A stretch of 64,000 nt of DNA, from NCBI GenBank assembly GCA_963781885.1, contig CAWAHW010000007.1:288001-352000 (forward strand). The letters are read 5' to 3'. Origin of the DNA: an uncultured Spirochaetota bacterium. GTDB taxonomy: Bacteria; Spirochaetota; Spirochaetia; SZUA-6; Fen-1364. The notes beneath the pieces were generated by a model that saw only the letters and a program-made list of their open reading frames with translations, had not been told where the DNA came from and made no database searches. Shown here piece after piece: positions 42,531 through 54,654 of this stretch (position 1 is the stretch's first letter; each line of letters begins with the position of its first letter). The position numbers and the translations under genes are program-made.

Positions 42531-43691
42531 GTGAACTATTTCCTCAGCGACGATCAGAAAATGATCAAGGACCTCGCGGCGCAGGTCGCGCGCGAAAAAA
42601 TCGCTCCCATTGCGGCAGAGCTCGACGAATCGGGTGAGTTCCCCTGGGAGATCGTGAAGACATTCGCCCAGGCGGACCTCTTCCGCGTCTTCATCCCCAC
42701 CGAGTATGACGGCCTGGGCGGCGGCATGTTCGAGATGTGCCTCGTCGTGGAGGAGCTCTCCAAGGCATGCGGCGGCATCGCCCTTTCCTATGCCGCATCG
42801 GGCCTCGGCACCATCCCCATCATCCTCTACGGCAACGAGGAGCAGAAGAAGAAATACCTGCCGCGCCTCGCGGCGGGGGAGATACTCGCCGCATTCGGTC
42901 TGACTGAATCCGGCGCGGGAAGCGACGCCGCCGGCATCAAGACCACGGCAAGGGCCGACGGGGATTGCTACGTCATCAATGGCACGAAGCAGTGGATCAC
43001 GAATGGCGGCGAGGCGAGCGTCTATACGGTCATCGCTCTGACCGATCCTGCCCGCGGCGTGCGCGGCTCGTCCGCGATACTTGTGGACAAGGGGACGCCG
43101 GGTTTCAATTTCGGCAAGAAAGAGAACAAGATGGGCATCCGGGCGTCCGCCACGCGCGAGCTGGTGTTCCAGGACTGCCGGGTCCCGAAGTCCTCCTTGC
43201 TGGCCAAGGAAGGCATGGGCTTCCTCGTGGCGATGAAGACACTCGACCAGTCGCGCCCCGGGGTCGCCGCCCAGGCGCTGGGCATCGCGCAGGGCGCCCT
43301 GGACAAGGCCGTGGACTACTCGCGCGAGCGCCACCAGTTCGGCAAGCCCATCTCATCGTTCCAGGGACTGCAGTTCATGATGGCCGACATGGCCACCCAG
43401 GTGGAGGCGGCACGGGCGCTCACGTACTCCGTCGCGCGCGCCGTCGACGCAGGGGAGAAGGACGTGTCACGCATGTCGGCCATGGCGAAGGTGTTCGCCT
43501 CCGACACGGCCATGCGTGTCACCACGGACGCGGTGCAGATCTTCGGCGGCTACGGCTACATGAAGGACTATCCCGTGGAAAAGATGATGCGCGACGCGAA
43601 GATCACGCAGATCTACGAAGGCACCAACCAGATCCAGCGCGAGGTGATCGCACTGGGCCTCATCAAGGAAGCGGTGCGGGCGCAGAAATGA
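42531..43691 (+). CDS. Acyl-CoA (butyryl-CoA-like) dehydrogenase
   Basis: FGLTESGAGSD, NGTKQWITN, KMGIRAS, QIFGGYGY, QIYEGTNQIQR. Confidence 0.95.
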   Translation: MNYFLSDDQKMIKDLAAQVAREKIAPIAAELDESGEFPWEIVKTFAQADLFRVFIPTEYDGLGGGMFEMCLVVEELSKACGGIALSYAASGLGTIPIILYGNEEQKKKYLPRLAAGEILAAFGLTESGAGSDAAGIKTTARADGDCYVINGTKQWITNGGEASVYTVIALTDPARGVRGSSAILVDKGTPGFNFGKKENKMGIRASATRELVFQDCRVPKSSLLAKEGMGFLVAMKTLDQSRPGVAAQALGIAQGALDKAVDYSRERHQFGKPISSFQGLQFMMADMATQVEAARALTYSVARAVDAGEKDVSRMSAMAKVFASDTAMRVTTDAVQIFGGYGYMKDYPVEKMMRDAKITQIYEGTNQIQREVIALGLIKEAVRAQK

Positions 43692-43740
43692 AGATGATGA
43701 GGAGAAGCCACGGCGCGCGGCCGGCACGCGGGGGCGGCGC

Positions 43741-44563
43741 ATGAAGGTCATCGTCTGCATCAAGCAGGTCCCCGACACGACGAATGTGCGCATCAATCCC
43801 GAGACGAACACGCTCGTGCGCGAAGGGGTGCAGTCCATCATCAATCCCTTCGATGTCTACGCCCTCGAGGAGGCGGTGCGCCTGCGCGAAAAGCATGGCG
43901 GCACCGTGACCGTGATCACCATGGGTCCGCCGCAGGCCGCCGAGGCGCTGCGGGAAGCCATCAGCCTCGGGGCGGACAACGTGTACCTGGTTTCCGATCG
44001 TGCCTTTGCCGGCGCCGACACCCTGGCCACTGCATACGCGCTTGCATGCGCCATCCGCACGCTCGGCGGCGGAGCCGCCAATCCGGCCGGCGGGGCTGAT
44101 GTCATCCTGATGGGCCGGCAGGCCATCGATGGCGACACGGGCCAGGTGGGTCCCGGCGTCGCGGAGAATCTCGACCTTCCCCATGTCACCGACATCAGGA
44201 AGATAGAAGAGATCGTCGATGGCAGGATCGTCGTGGAGCGCCTCCTGGAGGACGGTTATGCGCGCATCGCGACTCAGCCTGCCCGTGGTCCTCACGGTGG
44301 TGAAGGAGATAAACGTGCCGCGACTTCCTTCCCTCAAGGGAAAGATGGCGGCGAAGAAGGCGGAGGTGCCCGTGCTGAAGGCATCCGACATCGGCGCGGA
44401 CCTTGAGCGCCTGGGCCTGAACGGCTCACCGACGCAGGTCATGAAGATTTTCACGCCGCCGAAGCCGTCGGGTGGCAAGAGGTTCACCGGGGAGCCCGCC
44501 GCGACAGTGGCAGCCTTCCTGGACGAGCTCACGGCCGCGGGCATCACGATCCGCAAGCAGTAG
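43741..44563 (+). CDS. etfB: Electron transfer flavoprotein beta subunit; frameshift near 44270
   Basis: CIKQVPD, INPFD, AGADTLAT, GRQAIDGDTGQVG, GLNGSPT. Confidence 0.92.
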
Positions 44564-44571
44564 GGGAAGCC

Positions 44572-45790
44572 ATGGATCCCATCCGCGTCATCGCGAACAA
44601 CTGCGTCGGCTGCAGCCTCTGCGTGAAAGCCTGCCCGTACGACGCCATCGCCTTGTCCGGCCCGCCGGGCGCCCGTGAGGACAAGCCCACGGCCGTCATC
44701 GATCTTTCCAAATGCACGCTCTGCGGCGCCTGCGTCGAGGCGTGCAAGCGCTACAAGGCAATCGTCCTCACGCGCACGACGTTCAAGGGCCAGGACATTA
44801 CCGCGTATGCCGGCATCTGCGTCTACGCCGAGCACAGGTCAGGGAGAGCTTGCGAGCGTCGTGCCCGAGATCATCGGCGCTGCGCGCGATCTGCAGAAGG
44901 ACCTGTCGGCGCCCGTCAGCGCAATCCTCGTGGGAAGCGGCGTGCGGAAGCTCACCGACGAGCTTCTCTCCTACGGCGTGGACGAGATCTGGATGATCGA
45001 CAATCCTTCGATCGGCGATTTCGATGAGGATGTGCAGGCGGAGCTGGTGGCTCAGATCATCGCGGAGAAGAAACCGGAAATCTTTCTCGGCGGCGGAACG
45101 GTCATCGGCAGGTCGCTGCTTCCGCGCGTGGCCGCCAAGATACTCACCGGCCTCACCGCCGACTGCACCGAGCTTTCCATCGACCAGTCGACCAACCTCC
45201 TGCGCCAGACCCGTCCCGCCTTTGGCGGCAACATCATGGCCACGATACAGACGCAGAATCACCGGCCGCAAATGGCGACCGTCCGGCACAAGGTGATGCG
45301 CCCCGCCGACAAGGTGGAGAATCCCAAGGGCATCGTTGTCGAGCTGAAGCACATCCCGGTGCCGAAATCGCGCCTGGAGTTCCTCGAGTTCGTGGAAGAG
45401 AAGACCGCCACCGTGAACCTCGTGGAGGCCGACGTCATCGTCTCCGGCGGACGCGGCATCAAGGACCCGAAGAACTTCGCCCTCATCGAGAAGCTCGCGC
45501 TTGCCACCTCCGGCGCGGTGGGCGCATCCCGCGCCGCCGTGGACGCAGGCTGGATTCCCTATTCCCACCAGGTGGGCCAGACCGGCAAGACCGTGAAGCC
45601 CAAGGTGTACATCGCCTGCGGCATCAGCGGCGCCATCCAGCACCTGGCCGGCATGAAGGGCTCCGACATGATCGTCGCCATCAATTCCGATCCCAATGCC
45701 CCGATATTCGACGTCGCCCACTTCGGCATCGTGGGGGACCTCTTCCAGGTCGTGCCCGAGCTCATCAAGCGGCTGGAGGCGGGCGTGTAG
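44572..45790 (+). CDS. etfA: Electron transfer flavoprotein alpha subunit with an N-terminal 2[4Fe-4S] ferredoxin domain; frameshift near 44840
   Basis: CVGCSLC...CP and CTLCGAC...C; [32 protein letters not shown]. Confidence 0.92.
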
Positions 45791-45814
45791 GGGAGGCTTC
45801 CACGATCGGCGGCC

Positions 45815-46909
45815 CTACGTCTGCATATTTGCGAAGAGAAAGTGATTCTTGTACAGGTCCTTGTTTTCGTTCAGGATCAGGCTGTGCACGATGTTGATCT
45901 GCCGGACCCCGGGCGGATGACCGGACTCGAGCAGATTCTCAAGGATTTTCACCGTGTAGTACCCCTGCAGGATCGGGTTCTGGTAGACCACCGCCGTGAG
46001 CAGGTTCTTCTCCAGATAGTGATTGGACGATGAATCGAGGTCGTGAAGGACGACGATGCGCCGGCCGTCGGGCGCTTTTTCAAGGGCACGGATGAACTGC
46101 GCATTGTAGGCCGGAATCATGTAGACGGCATCGAAGCCGCCCCTGCGCGCGGCGAGCAGCTCCGCGATCTGGCGCTCCGCCGCTGGTGAGCGCATCCCCT
46201 TGGTGATGTCCACCGTCTCGTGGGTGACCCCGGGGAAGCTATTCTTCATCACCGCGCGGAAGCCATCGTAGCGCAGCGCGTTGATGTCGGGTGCACGGGG
46301 ATCCGCGCGACTGCCCGGTCGGGTCGTGAGCACGAGCACGCGCGGCCGGTTCTTGAACAGGAGCGCCTTGCCGATGAACTCCGCGGCGAGCCCGCCGCCG
46401 GCCCGGTAGTCGGGCCCGATGTAGCAGAGCCTGCGGCTCTCCGGCGCGTCGACGTTCAGCGTCACGAATGGAATCCCCGCGGCGGTGATGCGCTCGATGA
46501 TCCTGTCCATCCGGTAGATCCATTGGTTGACGAAGGCCACGGCTTCCAGGCCGTCCCTGATTTCCTCTTCCAGGCGCCGAAGGTAGAGATCCGAGTCCCG
46601 TTCGGCGATCCTGTGGTAGTTGACCTGGTAATTGAGGGGTTGGACCTGCTCCGCGCCGATGGAGATGCCCGTATGGATGTCGTTCCAGAAATAGCGCGGC
46701 AGCGACGAGGAAAAGACGGCGATCTTGCGCGTCTTGTTGCGCTTCAGCACCTGCGACGCCTTGTGTGGCACATAGTGCACGTCGCGGGCATACGAGAGGA
46801 TGCGCCCTTTCATCTCCTTGGACACGTAGCCTGAATTGTTCAGGGCACGGCTCACGGTGATGAGGGGAAGGTCCAGGGCCTCCGCGATCTCTTTCTGCGT
46901 GATTCCCAT
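45815..46909 (-). CDS. LacI-family transcriptional regulator
   Basis: [10 protein letters not shown]...TVSRALN HTH plus periplasmic-binding-like domain. Confidence 0.92.
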   Translation of the reverse strand: MGITQKEIAEALDLPLITVSRALNNSGYVSKEMKGRILSYARDVHYVPHKASQVLKRNKTRKIAVFSSSLPRYFWNDIHTGISIGAEQVQPLNYQVNYHRIAERDSDLYLRRLEEEIRDGLEAVAFVNQWIYRMDRIIERITAAGIPFVTLNVDAPESRRLCYIGPDYRAGGGLAAEFIGKALLFKNRPRVLVLTTRPGSRADPRAPDINALRYDGFRAVMKNSFPGVTHETVDITKGMRSPAAERQIAELLAARRGGFDAVYMIPAYNAQFIRALEKAPDGRRIVVLHDLDSSSNHYLEKNLLTAVVYQNPILQGYYTVKILENLLESGHPPGVRQINIVHSLILNENKDLYKNHFLFANMQT

Positions 46910-47015
46910 CGTGGTGCGCTTGGACAATTCATAGCCGAATACCGGGCGTGTGAACAGCTCGCCCCGCGAGCCCGCCCGGAGCGTCTCTCGGTTTTTCTTG
47001 ACAGCGCCATCCCGG

Positions 47016-47035
47016 TATGATACACGTACATCATA
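47016..47035. promoter_or_regulatory. Probable LacI-type operator
   Basis: TATGAT-ACACGTAC-ATCATA dyad with central CG, just downstream of TTGACA (46998), between divergent lacI and ABC genes. Confidence 0.6.
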
Positions 47036-47081
47036 TCCGGGGCCGGAGAAGCCCCGGCATGCCCTCGAAAGGAGGATGAGA

Positions 47082-48324
47082 ATGAAGAGGGCTCTTCTTG
47101 CAGTGTGGTTCATCCTGCTCTGCGCCGCCCTGCTGGCGGGCCAGGGAAAGCCCGTGACGCTGAACGTATTCTTCTACAGTCCCGAGCTCACGGACCAGTA
47201 CAACGACATGGCCCGCGAATACAATGCGGAGACGGGGAACACGCTCGACATCACGGTGCACCAGGCCGATTACGTGACGCTGCTCCGGGCAAAGCTCAAT
47301 TCCGGTGACATCCCGGACGTCTTCATGAGCAGCGCCTACGCCGACAACACGACCTACAAGGATTACGTCTATGACCTGACGGATGCCGACTTCATCAAGC
47401 TGCTGGAGCCCACCGCGCTCACCGGCGTCACCGTCAATGGGCGCGTCACAGGATATCCCTTCCTGGTGCAGTCCCACTCCTTCATCTACAACAAGAAGAT
47501 TTTTGCCTCGGCCGGCATCACGACACTGCCGCGCACCATCAAGGAGTACGAGGCCGTCGCCCAGAAGCTGCAGGCAAAGGGTATCCAGCCGTTCGCCACC
47601 GGCTTCAAGGAGTGGTGGGTGCTTCCGCAGACCGCGTGGCAGGTCCTGGCCCCGATCAAGGATTCCTACGGCGGAGATTACGCGAAGTTCGTGGCCCAGC
47701 TCAACAGCGGCGCACTGAAGTTCAAGGACATCAAGGAGATGAGCAACGTGTTCGACGTCCTTGACCTCATCAAAAAGTACGGCGGCCCGAAGCCCATGGA
47801 GTCCGATTTCAACGACCAGTGCTCGCTCATGGCAACTGGCGCTGCGGCGATTATTCACCAGGGCAACTGGGCGGAGGACACGATCCGCAAAACCACCCCG
47901 GACATCGACATCGGCTACCTCCTGGGGCCGGTGGGCAACACTCCGGACAAGGCGGGGATCATGTTCGATTCCAACCAGACCATCCGCGTCGCCAAGGACG
48001 GGCCGAATGTGCAGGCCGCGCTGGCGTGGCTGCGCTGGCTGACAACATCCACCTACGGCAAGGCCTGGATACCGGACCAGATCAAGCAGCTCTCCCCCAT
48101 CAAGGGGGCAAAAGCCTCCAGCGCCGAGCTCGCGCAGGCGACGGTGAATCTCCTGTCCCCAAGACGCCGAACTATTCCTGGTATCTACCAGCGGTTCCCG
48201 ACGGGAAGCGAGCAGAGCCTCGGAATCATCCTCCAGGGCTACTGCGCGGGACAGACCAACAGGCAGCAGACCCTCGACGCACTGGATGCTTCGTACACGA
48301 AGATCGATCAACGCTTCCAAGTAG
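47082..48324 (+). CDS. Carbohydrate ABC substrate-binding protein; several indels at 48155-48310
   Basis: Signal peptide; SGDIPDVF, FIYNKKIF, HQGNW; probable true end ...NASK-TAG. Confidence 0.8.
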
Positions 48325-48402
48325 GGCGGGTCTCACCCGTCACGACGGAGCCGGGGAGGCCGTTCCTCCCCGGCCGTTTCGGCGCATACACTCGCATCAA
48401 GG

Positions 48403-49304
48403 ATGCCCATGACCCACGCACGCAGAAACGCGCGCATCGCGCGCGGGCTCGAGTTCCTCGGGATGACGGCCCCCGCCCTCGTCGGTCATTCTTCTCTTTG
48501 TCGAGATCCCGTTTCTCATGAGCGTCGTCTACTCGTTCACGAAGTGGAACGGGCTGGACAAAACCGTGAAGTTCATCGGGATCGCGAACTATACGGAGCT
48601 TCTCACCAGCGATCCTGGCCATGGGAAAGGCGATGATCTTCACGCTCTTGTTCACCGTGCTCGTTGTCGTCGCCACCAACGTGATTGCTCTCCTGCTCGC
48701 GGTGATCCTGGATTCCCGCATTCGCGGGAAGAACCTCCTGCGCGCCGCCTTCTACATCCCGAACATCATCAGCCTCATCATCATCGGATACATGTGGCGG
48801 TTCATCTTCTCGCGGGGATTCGATTCCTTTGGCGCTCTCACCCACCTGGGAATCTTCAGGTTGAGCTGGCTGGGCGATACGCACCTGGCATTTGCGAGCG
48901 TTGCCCTGGTCTCCGTGTGGCAGTCAATCGGGTTCTACATGGTGATCTATATCGCGGGGCTGCAGACCGTTCCCCGCGACCAGCTGGAAGCCGCGGTGAT
49001 CGATGGCGCGTCGCCGTCCAGCCGTTTTTTCCGCATTACCCTTCCCCTTATCCTGCCGTCCGTGACCGTTGCCGTATTCTATTCACTCTCGAACGCGTTG
49101 AAGACATTCGACGTGATCTTCAGCCTCACCTTCGGGGGTCCGGGGACCGCAACCACCAGCATCGCGCTGGACATCTACAAGACCGCATTCAGCGACAGCC
49201 GCTTCGGCTACGGGACGGCCAAGTCGGTCGTGCTCTTCCTCCTCATCCTCGTCGTCACCGTCTTCCAGCTCAACATCTTCAAGCGACGCGAGGTCGAGGC
49301 ATGA
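48403..49304 (+). CDS. Carbohydrate ABC permease; frameshifts near 48485 and 48620
   Basis: YSFTKWNG, FIGIANY, EAAVIDGA. Confidence 0.85.
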
Positions 49305-50128
49305 GGCGCCCCCGCGGTTCCCTTCCGCTCTCTCTGGTCATGATCCTCTGCGCGCTGGTCTATCTCTATCCGCTGATCCTGGTCGCGATCAATTCGCTGA
49401 AGAGCTTTTCGGAGATCATGGCGAACGTTGTTGCTCTTCCCACCCGGATCCACGGTGAAAACTTCACGAATGCCTTCCGGCTGATGCACTATCCCCACCT
49501 CTTTCTCAACACCCTGTTTGTCACGGCGCTGGGCACGGGCGGTGTCGTGCTCCTCGCCTCCCTTGCCGGGTACAAGCTTTCCCGGACGCGGACGCGGTAC
49601 AGCTGGGTCATCTTCCTCCTCTGCGTCGCGCCAATGATGATCCCGTTCCAGTCGTTCATGATCGCGCTCGTGAAGATTGCGCGGAACCTGCACCTCACGA
49701 ACACGACCTGGGGTCTGGGCATCATCTACTGGGGTCTGGGCGTGCCGCTTTCACTGTTCCTCTACCACGGCTTTGTGAAAACCGTGCCCCGGGAGCTCGA
49801 TGATTGCGCCGCCATCGACGGGTGCCGGCCGCTGCGCGCCTTTGTCCAGGTGATCTTCCCGCTGCTCCAGCCGGTGACCGTCTCGGTCATCGTCATCAAT
49901 GCCATGTGGATGTGGAACGATTTTCTCCTCCCCCTCCTGATCCTCAACGGTTCAAAAGAATCGCAGACGCTTCAGCTTGCGGCGTACAATTTCTTCGGTC
50001 AGTACAAGATCGAATGGCAGAACGCGATGGCCGGCGTGCTTCTCACGATCACGCCGGCCATCATTTTCTATCTCACCTTGCAGCGGCACATCATCAAGGG
50101 CATGGTCGCCGGCGCGGTCAAAGGATGA
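49301..50128 (+). CDS. Carbohydrate ABC permease
   Basis: ELDDCAAIDG, WNDFLLPL, GMVAGAVKG. Confidence 0.92.
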   Translation: MRRPRGSLPLSLVMILCALVYLYPLILVAINSLKSFSEIMANVVALPTRIHGENFTNAFRLMHYPHLFLNTLFVTALGTGGVVLLASLAGYKLSRTRTRYSWVIFLLCVAPMMIPFQSFMIALVKIARNLHLTNTTWGLGIIYWGLGVPLSLFLYHGFVKTVPRELDDCAAIDGCRPLRAFVQVIFPLLQPVTVSVIVINAMWMWNDFLLPLLILNGSKESQTLQLAAYNFFGQYKIEWQNAMAGVLLTITPAIIFYLTLQRHIIKGMVAGAVKG

Positions 50129-50132
50129 ACAG

Positions 50133-52455
50133 GTGAAATTCACCGATGGGTACTGGGGTCTGAGGGAAGGGGTGCGGCTGATCGCGCCCGCGGAGGCGGG
50201 GGACGTGCGCGCGGACGCCGCGACACTGACGGTCTTCGCCCCGTGCAAACACATCCGCCACCGGGGTGATACGCTGAATACTCCCCAGCTCACATTTTCA
50301 TTCAGCTCTCCCCGGGAGGACGTCATCAGGGTCCATGTCTGCCATTTCAAGGGCGGGAAGAAACCGGGGCCCGCTTTCGAGTTGCGCCTGACCGCGGCGC
50401 TCCAACCGCGGATCGAGCGGTCGCCGGACGCCGCGACCCTCACGAGCGGCCGGACGTCCGTCCGCGTGCGCACGGACGGCGCCTGGGCCGTCGACTTTTT
50501 CCACGACGGGCGGAGGCTGACGGGAAGCGGCGCGGGAAACATGGCCTACCTCATCGACGCCGCGGGGGCTCGTTACATGCGGGAGCAACTTTCCCTGGGC
50601 GTCGGTGAGTGCATCTACGGTCTCGGGGAGAGATTCACGCCATTCGTGAAGAACGGGCAGGCGGTCGACATGTGGAACGAGGACGGGGGGACGAGCAGCG
50701 AGCAGGCCTACAAGAACATCCCCTTCTACCTGAGCGGCGCAGGCTACGGGGTGCTCGTGGCTCATCCTGAAAGGGTCTCGTTCGAGATAGCCTCGGAGGC
50801 GGTCTCCCGCGCGCAGTTTTCCGTGCCGGGAGAGGAGCTGGAGTATTACGTCATCGGGGGCCCCACGCCCCGGGACGTGCTCCGCAGGTACGCGGAGCTC
50901 TGCGGACGGCCCGCGCTGCCCCCCGCGTGGTCATTCGGACTGTGGCTCACGACTTCCTTCACGACCCCCTACGATGAGAAGACCGTCAACACATTTCTCG
51001 AAGGCATGAGGGAGCGCCGCGTCCCCCTGCACGTTTTCCATTTCGACTGCTTCTGGATGAAAGAGTTCCAGTGGTGCGACTTCGCGTGGGATGCCGAGCA
51101 ATTCCCCGATCCACAGGGCTTCCTCACCCGGCTGAAGGACAAGGGACTGCGCATCTGCGTCTGGATCAACCCGTACATCGCGCAGAAGTCACGGCTGTTC
51201 GAAGAGGGCATGGAGAAGGGGTACCTTGTCAAAAAGCCGGACAGCGGCGTCTGGCAGTGGGACCGCTGGCAGGCGGGCATGGGCCTCGTGGACTTCACGA
51301 ATCCCGCCGCGCTTCGCTGGTACCAGGACTGCCTGCGGCGGCTGCTGGCCGCCGGCGTCGACTGTTTCAAGACTGACTTCGGGGAGCGCATCCCCACGGA
51401 CGTCGTCTATCATGACGGCTCCGACCCCCAGAAGATGCACAACTACTACGCCTACCTGTACAATCGGGCCGTTTTTTCGCTGCTGGAGGAGGAGAAGGGA
51501 AAGGGGAAGGCGGTCGTCTTTGCGCGCGCGGCGACCGTGGGCGGCCAGCAGTACCCCGTGCACTGGGGAGGGGATTGCTCGGCGACGTACGAGTCGATGG
51601 CGGAAAGCCTGCGCGGCGGCCTCTCCCTGGGACTTTCGGGATTTGGTTTCTGGAGCCATGACATCGGCGGCTTCGAAAAGACCGCCACGCCGGATCTCTA
51701 CCGCCGCTGGGCGGCGTTCGGCCTCCTGTCCTCGCACAGCCGCTCTGCACGGAAACGAATCCTACCGGGTGCCCTGGCTGTTCGGAGAGGAATCCACGGA
51801 TGTCCTGCGCTTTTTCGTGCAGCTGAAGTGCCGCCTCATGCCCTACCTCTTCGCGGCTGCCGCGGAGGCTGCGCGCGACGGCATCCCCGTCATGCGGGCC
51901 ATGATGCTCGAGTTCCCCGCTGACCCCGCCTGCGCGCACCTGGACCGGCAATATATGCTCGGACCTTCCCTGCTCGTTGCGCCAATCTTTGCGGAAGACG
52001 GCACCGTCTCTTACTACCTCCCGCCCGGCCGGTGGACGAGCCTGCTGAACGGCGCCGCGGTGGAGGGGGGGCGCTGGCGATCCGAAACACATGGGTACCT
52101 GAGCCTGCCCCTCATGGTACGCCCCAACAGCATCATCGCCGTCGGTTCAAACGAGACACGGCCGGACTACGACTACGGAGACGGGGTGTGCTTCCACGTC
52201 TTCGAACCGGCCGATGGCGTGGAGTGCGTGTTCGCGCTCGTTTCTGAGGAAGGGCGCGAGGAGGCAGCCCTCCACATTCTACGTGAGGCGCGCGCCGTCA
52301 CCATCACGCGCCGGGACCCGGAGAAGCCCTGGAGCGTCTGCCTCAGGAACGTGACCGAGGTGAGCGGCGTGGACGGAGGGTCTTTCGAGCGCAGCGGAGA
52401 GGGTGTCATCGTGCGGCCGGGCAGAGGCATCGGGACGATTCGTGTGACACTCTAG
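50133..52455 (+). CDS. yicI: Alpha-xylosidase (GH31); frameshift near 51745
   Basis: KFTDGYW, YGLGERF, WLTTSF, HFDCFWM, KTDFGERIP (nucleophile), HWGGD, SHDIGGF. Confidence 0.93.
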
Positions 52456-52595
52456 GATCGGCGGCCTTCCGGGCGCCCGCGCCCGTCCTCATTTTTCACC
52501 TGACTGAAGCCCCGCAACTTTCGTATTATATGGACGGCGCTGCCCGCTGCCATGAGGAGCGATGGAGGGGGTCGAAAAACGAAGGAACGCCTTGA

Positions 52596-52856
52596 ATGAA
52601 AGCATTCTCCGCCATCCGACGGGACCGGGAGGAATGGGTGTTCGACTACGCGGCGGACACCGACCCGAGTGACGACCTGTACTGGGCCGGGGCTCTTGTC
52701 GCGGAAGACGAAGACGACGAGCAGGCCGTCAGTCCAGATTCAAAGCGCGCAAGGTACTCGGGCGCCGCGTATGCGGATCCCAACAGCGAGGCAGCTTTGC
52801 GGGCGATACAGGCGCGCCTGCGGGAATGGGGCTGGACCCTGAACCGCGACACATGA
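52596..52856 (+). CDS. Hypothetical small acidic protein
   Basis: 86-aa ORF with SD-like AAGGA; no recognised family. Confidence 0.5.
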   Translation: MKAFSAIRRDREEWVFDYAADTDPSDDLYWAGALVAEDEDDEQAVSPDSKRARYSGAAYADPNSEAALRAIQARLREWGWTLNRDT

Positions 52857-52919
52857 CGGCTGCTTTGACAATCGCGCTCACCGAGTCTATGCTCGCAGGA
52901 GTATCGACGAGGGGGCACC

Positions 52920-53555
52920 ATGAAGAGGTTTGTCTTCGTTTGGGCGCTTGTGGCGATCGCTACCACTGCCACGGCGTTCGCCGCGGACAAGGCGAGCATC
53001 GTCTATCTGGAAGGCGACGTCACGATGAATGGCTCACCCGCTTCCATCGGGGATCCCGTGCTCGCGGGCGCCGTGCTCGCGACAGGCCCGGATTCGCTGT
53101 GCCAGATCGTCTTCAACACGAAGAACATCGTGCACATTGCCGCCGGCACCATTCTCCGCTTCGACCCGAACAGCCTGTCCAGCGGCGCGACCCTGCAGAA
53201 GGGAGCCGTCGCCATGGTGCTGCGGAACCTGGCGGCGAAAGGTGACCAGCTCCGGTTCTCCATCAAGACCCCGACGACCGTCGCGGGAGTGCGCGGGACC
53301 TGCTTCTTCGTCGCCGTGGAGGACGACAACAATACGTACATCTGCGCCTGCAACGGCTCCATCCACCTGGACGGCAACGGCGGGCAGATGGCCCAGAACC
53401 TCGCCTCCTCCCATCACCAGGAGGTCCGCGTCACGCGCACGGCGTCCGGCCTCACGGTGAGCCCGGCGCCGCTGCTTTACCATACCGATGCGGATGTCGA
53501 AGCCATTGCGGCGAAGATCGGAGAAAAGATCGACTGGACCAAGATCGACAAGTAG
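52920..53555 (+). CDS. Exported FecR-domain protein
   Basis: Signal peptide AFA; TGPDS, IKTPTTVAGVRGT motif. Confidence 0.85.
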   Translation: MKRFVFVWALVAIATTATAFAADKASIVYLEGDVTMNGSPASIGDPVLAGAVLATGPDSLCQIVFNTKNIVHIAAGTILRFDPNSLSSGATLQKGAVAMVLRNLAAKGDQLRFSIKTPTTVAGVRGTCFFVAVEDDNNTYICACNGSIHLDGNGGQMAQNLASSHHQEVRVTRTASGLTVSPAPLLYHTDADVEAIAAKIGEKIDWTKIDK

Positions 53556-53841
53556 CAGGGCGGCGCGCCTATTCAAGGCGCGGCGGGCACTCAGCGGGCA
53601 GCGCGTTGTCGTGGAAGCGGCAGCGCGCCTCGAGGGTCGGCGTCCAGCGTTGGCTGTTCTCTGCGCGCTCATCCACGGAGAAGGCGAGTGCCGACCGACG
53701 CGAATGCGCTTGATAAATTCAGATAGGCAGCTATAAGTTCAACATACCTTAGAGAATCGGTCAGGTATTTTCATTCAGGGAATGAAAGTGCATTCCACGC
53801 ACGAGTTTCGACCTTGAGCTTGATATTTCAGGAGGAATCAC

Positions 53842-54555
53842 ATGAAACGAAACGCTCTTCTTCTGCTCGTCGCCGTGTTCGTGCTGAGCGGCGCGGCGCT
53901 CTTCGCGGCAGATCTCACCATCAACTACCAGGTGAACACCGTGGCGAAGGACTACACGGGCAACTACCTGTCGTTCAAGGGCGCGATCAACTCCATCGAC
54001 AAGGATCAGTTCGTGCCCGGCGCAGATGCGACCTCGGGGGCGAGCAAGCTCGAGTCCACCGAGGTGTTCAACGCCTATCGCTTCGACGTGAAGGGCCAGC
54101 CGACCCTCCCCAGCGCCCTGCGCTTCATGCTGCTCTATGCCGTTGCCAATGACAGCATCCGCGTGGGCGACAACCTGAACGTGGCAAAGGAAGCGAGCGG
54201 GGCCATCCTCATCCGCTTCGTTCACCGCGGGACGGCATTCGAGGTGCTCACCGATGCGGCGGGAAAGCTCATGCTTCCGTCCACGGCGGTGAGATACCGG
54301 GTCATCGGGCACACGGACAACACCATCTCCACGGACTTTTCCCCGACCGGCAAGACGGTCGACGTCGACTGGAAGAAGGTGTGGGACGCGGCGATTCCCG
54401 ACGGCAAGGCCATCGGCACCACGGGCACGAAGACGGGCAAGATCACCCAGGACCTCGCGACGTCGAATATCTTTGTCTGGACGGGCGCGTACCAGTTCGC
54501 CTTTGACGGCAAGATTCTGAGGCTGTACGCCGGCCTGGACGCGAAGAAGCTCTAG
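53842..54555 (+). CDS. Hypothetical secreted protein
   Basis: SD AGGAGG, signal peptide LFA, strong codon bias. Confidence 0.8.
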   Translation: MKRNALLLLVAVFVLSGAALFAADLTINYQVNTVAKDYTGNYLSFKGAINSIDKDQFVPGADATSGASKLESTEVFNAYRFDVKGQPTLPSALRFMLLYAVANDSIRVGDNLNVAKEASGAILIRFVHRGTAFEVLTDAAGKLMLPSTAVRYRVIGHTDNTISTDFSPTGKTVDVDWKKVWDAAIPDGKAIGTTGTKTGKITQDLATSNIFVWTGAYQFAFDGKILRLYAGLDAKKL

Positions 54556-54573
54556 GGGGCTTTGCACAACGAG

Positions 54574-54601
54574 GGGCCGACCGTGCGGTCGGCCCTTTTT
54601 T
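54574..54601 (+). terminator. Rho-independent terminator
   Basis: GGGCCGACC-GTGC-GGTCGGCCC followed by TTTTTT. Confidence 0.8.
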
Positions 54602-54654
54602 CGCCGCCGATGGTGCCGCGGAGATGCTATACTCTCCCCTGTCGGGAGGACGCC

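Noticed and set aside
47082-52455. Sugar ABC operon lacking an ATPase
   Set aside because: Common; such systems share an MsmX/MsmK-type ATPase encoded elsewhere.
53790-53835. Purine riboswitch (GTTTCGACC resembles GTTTCTACC)
   Set aside because: Loops lack the conserved kissing sequences, and no proper P1 or junction nucleotides are present.
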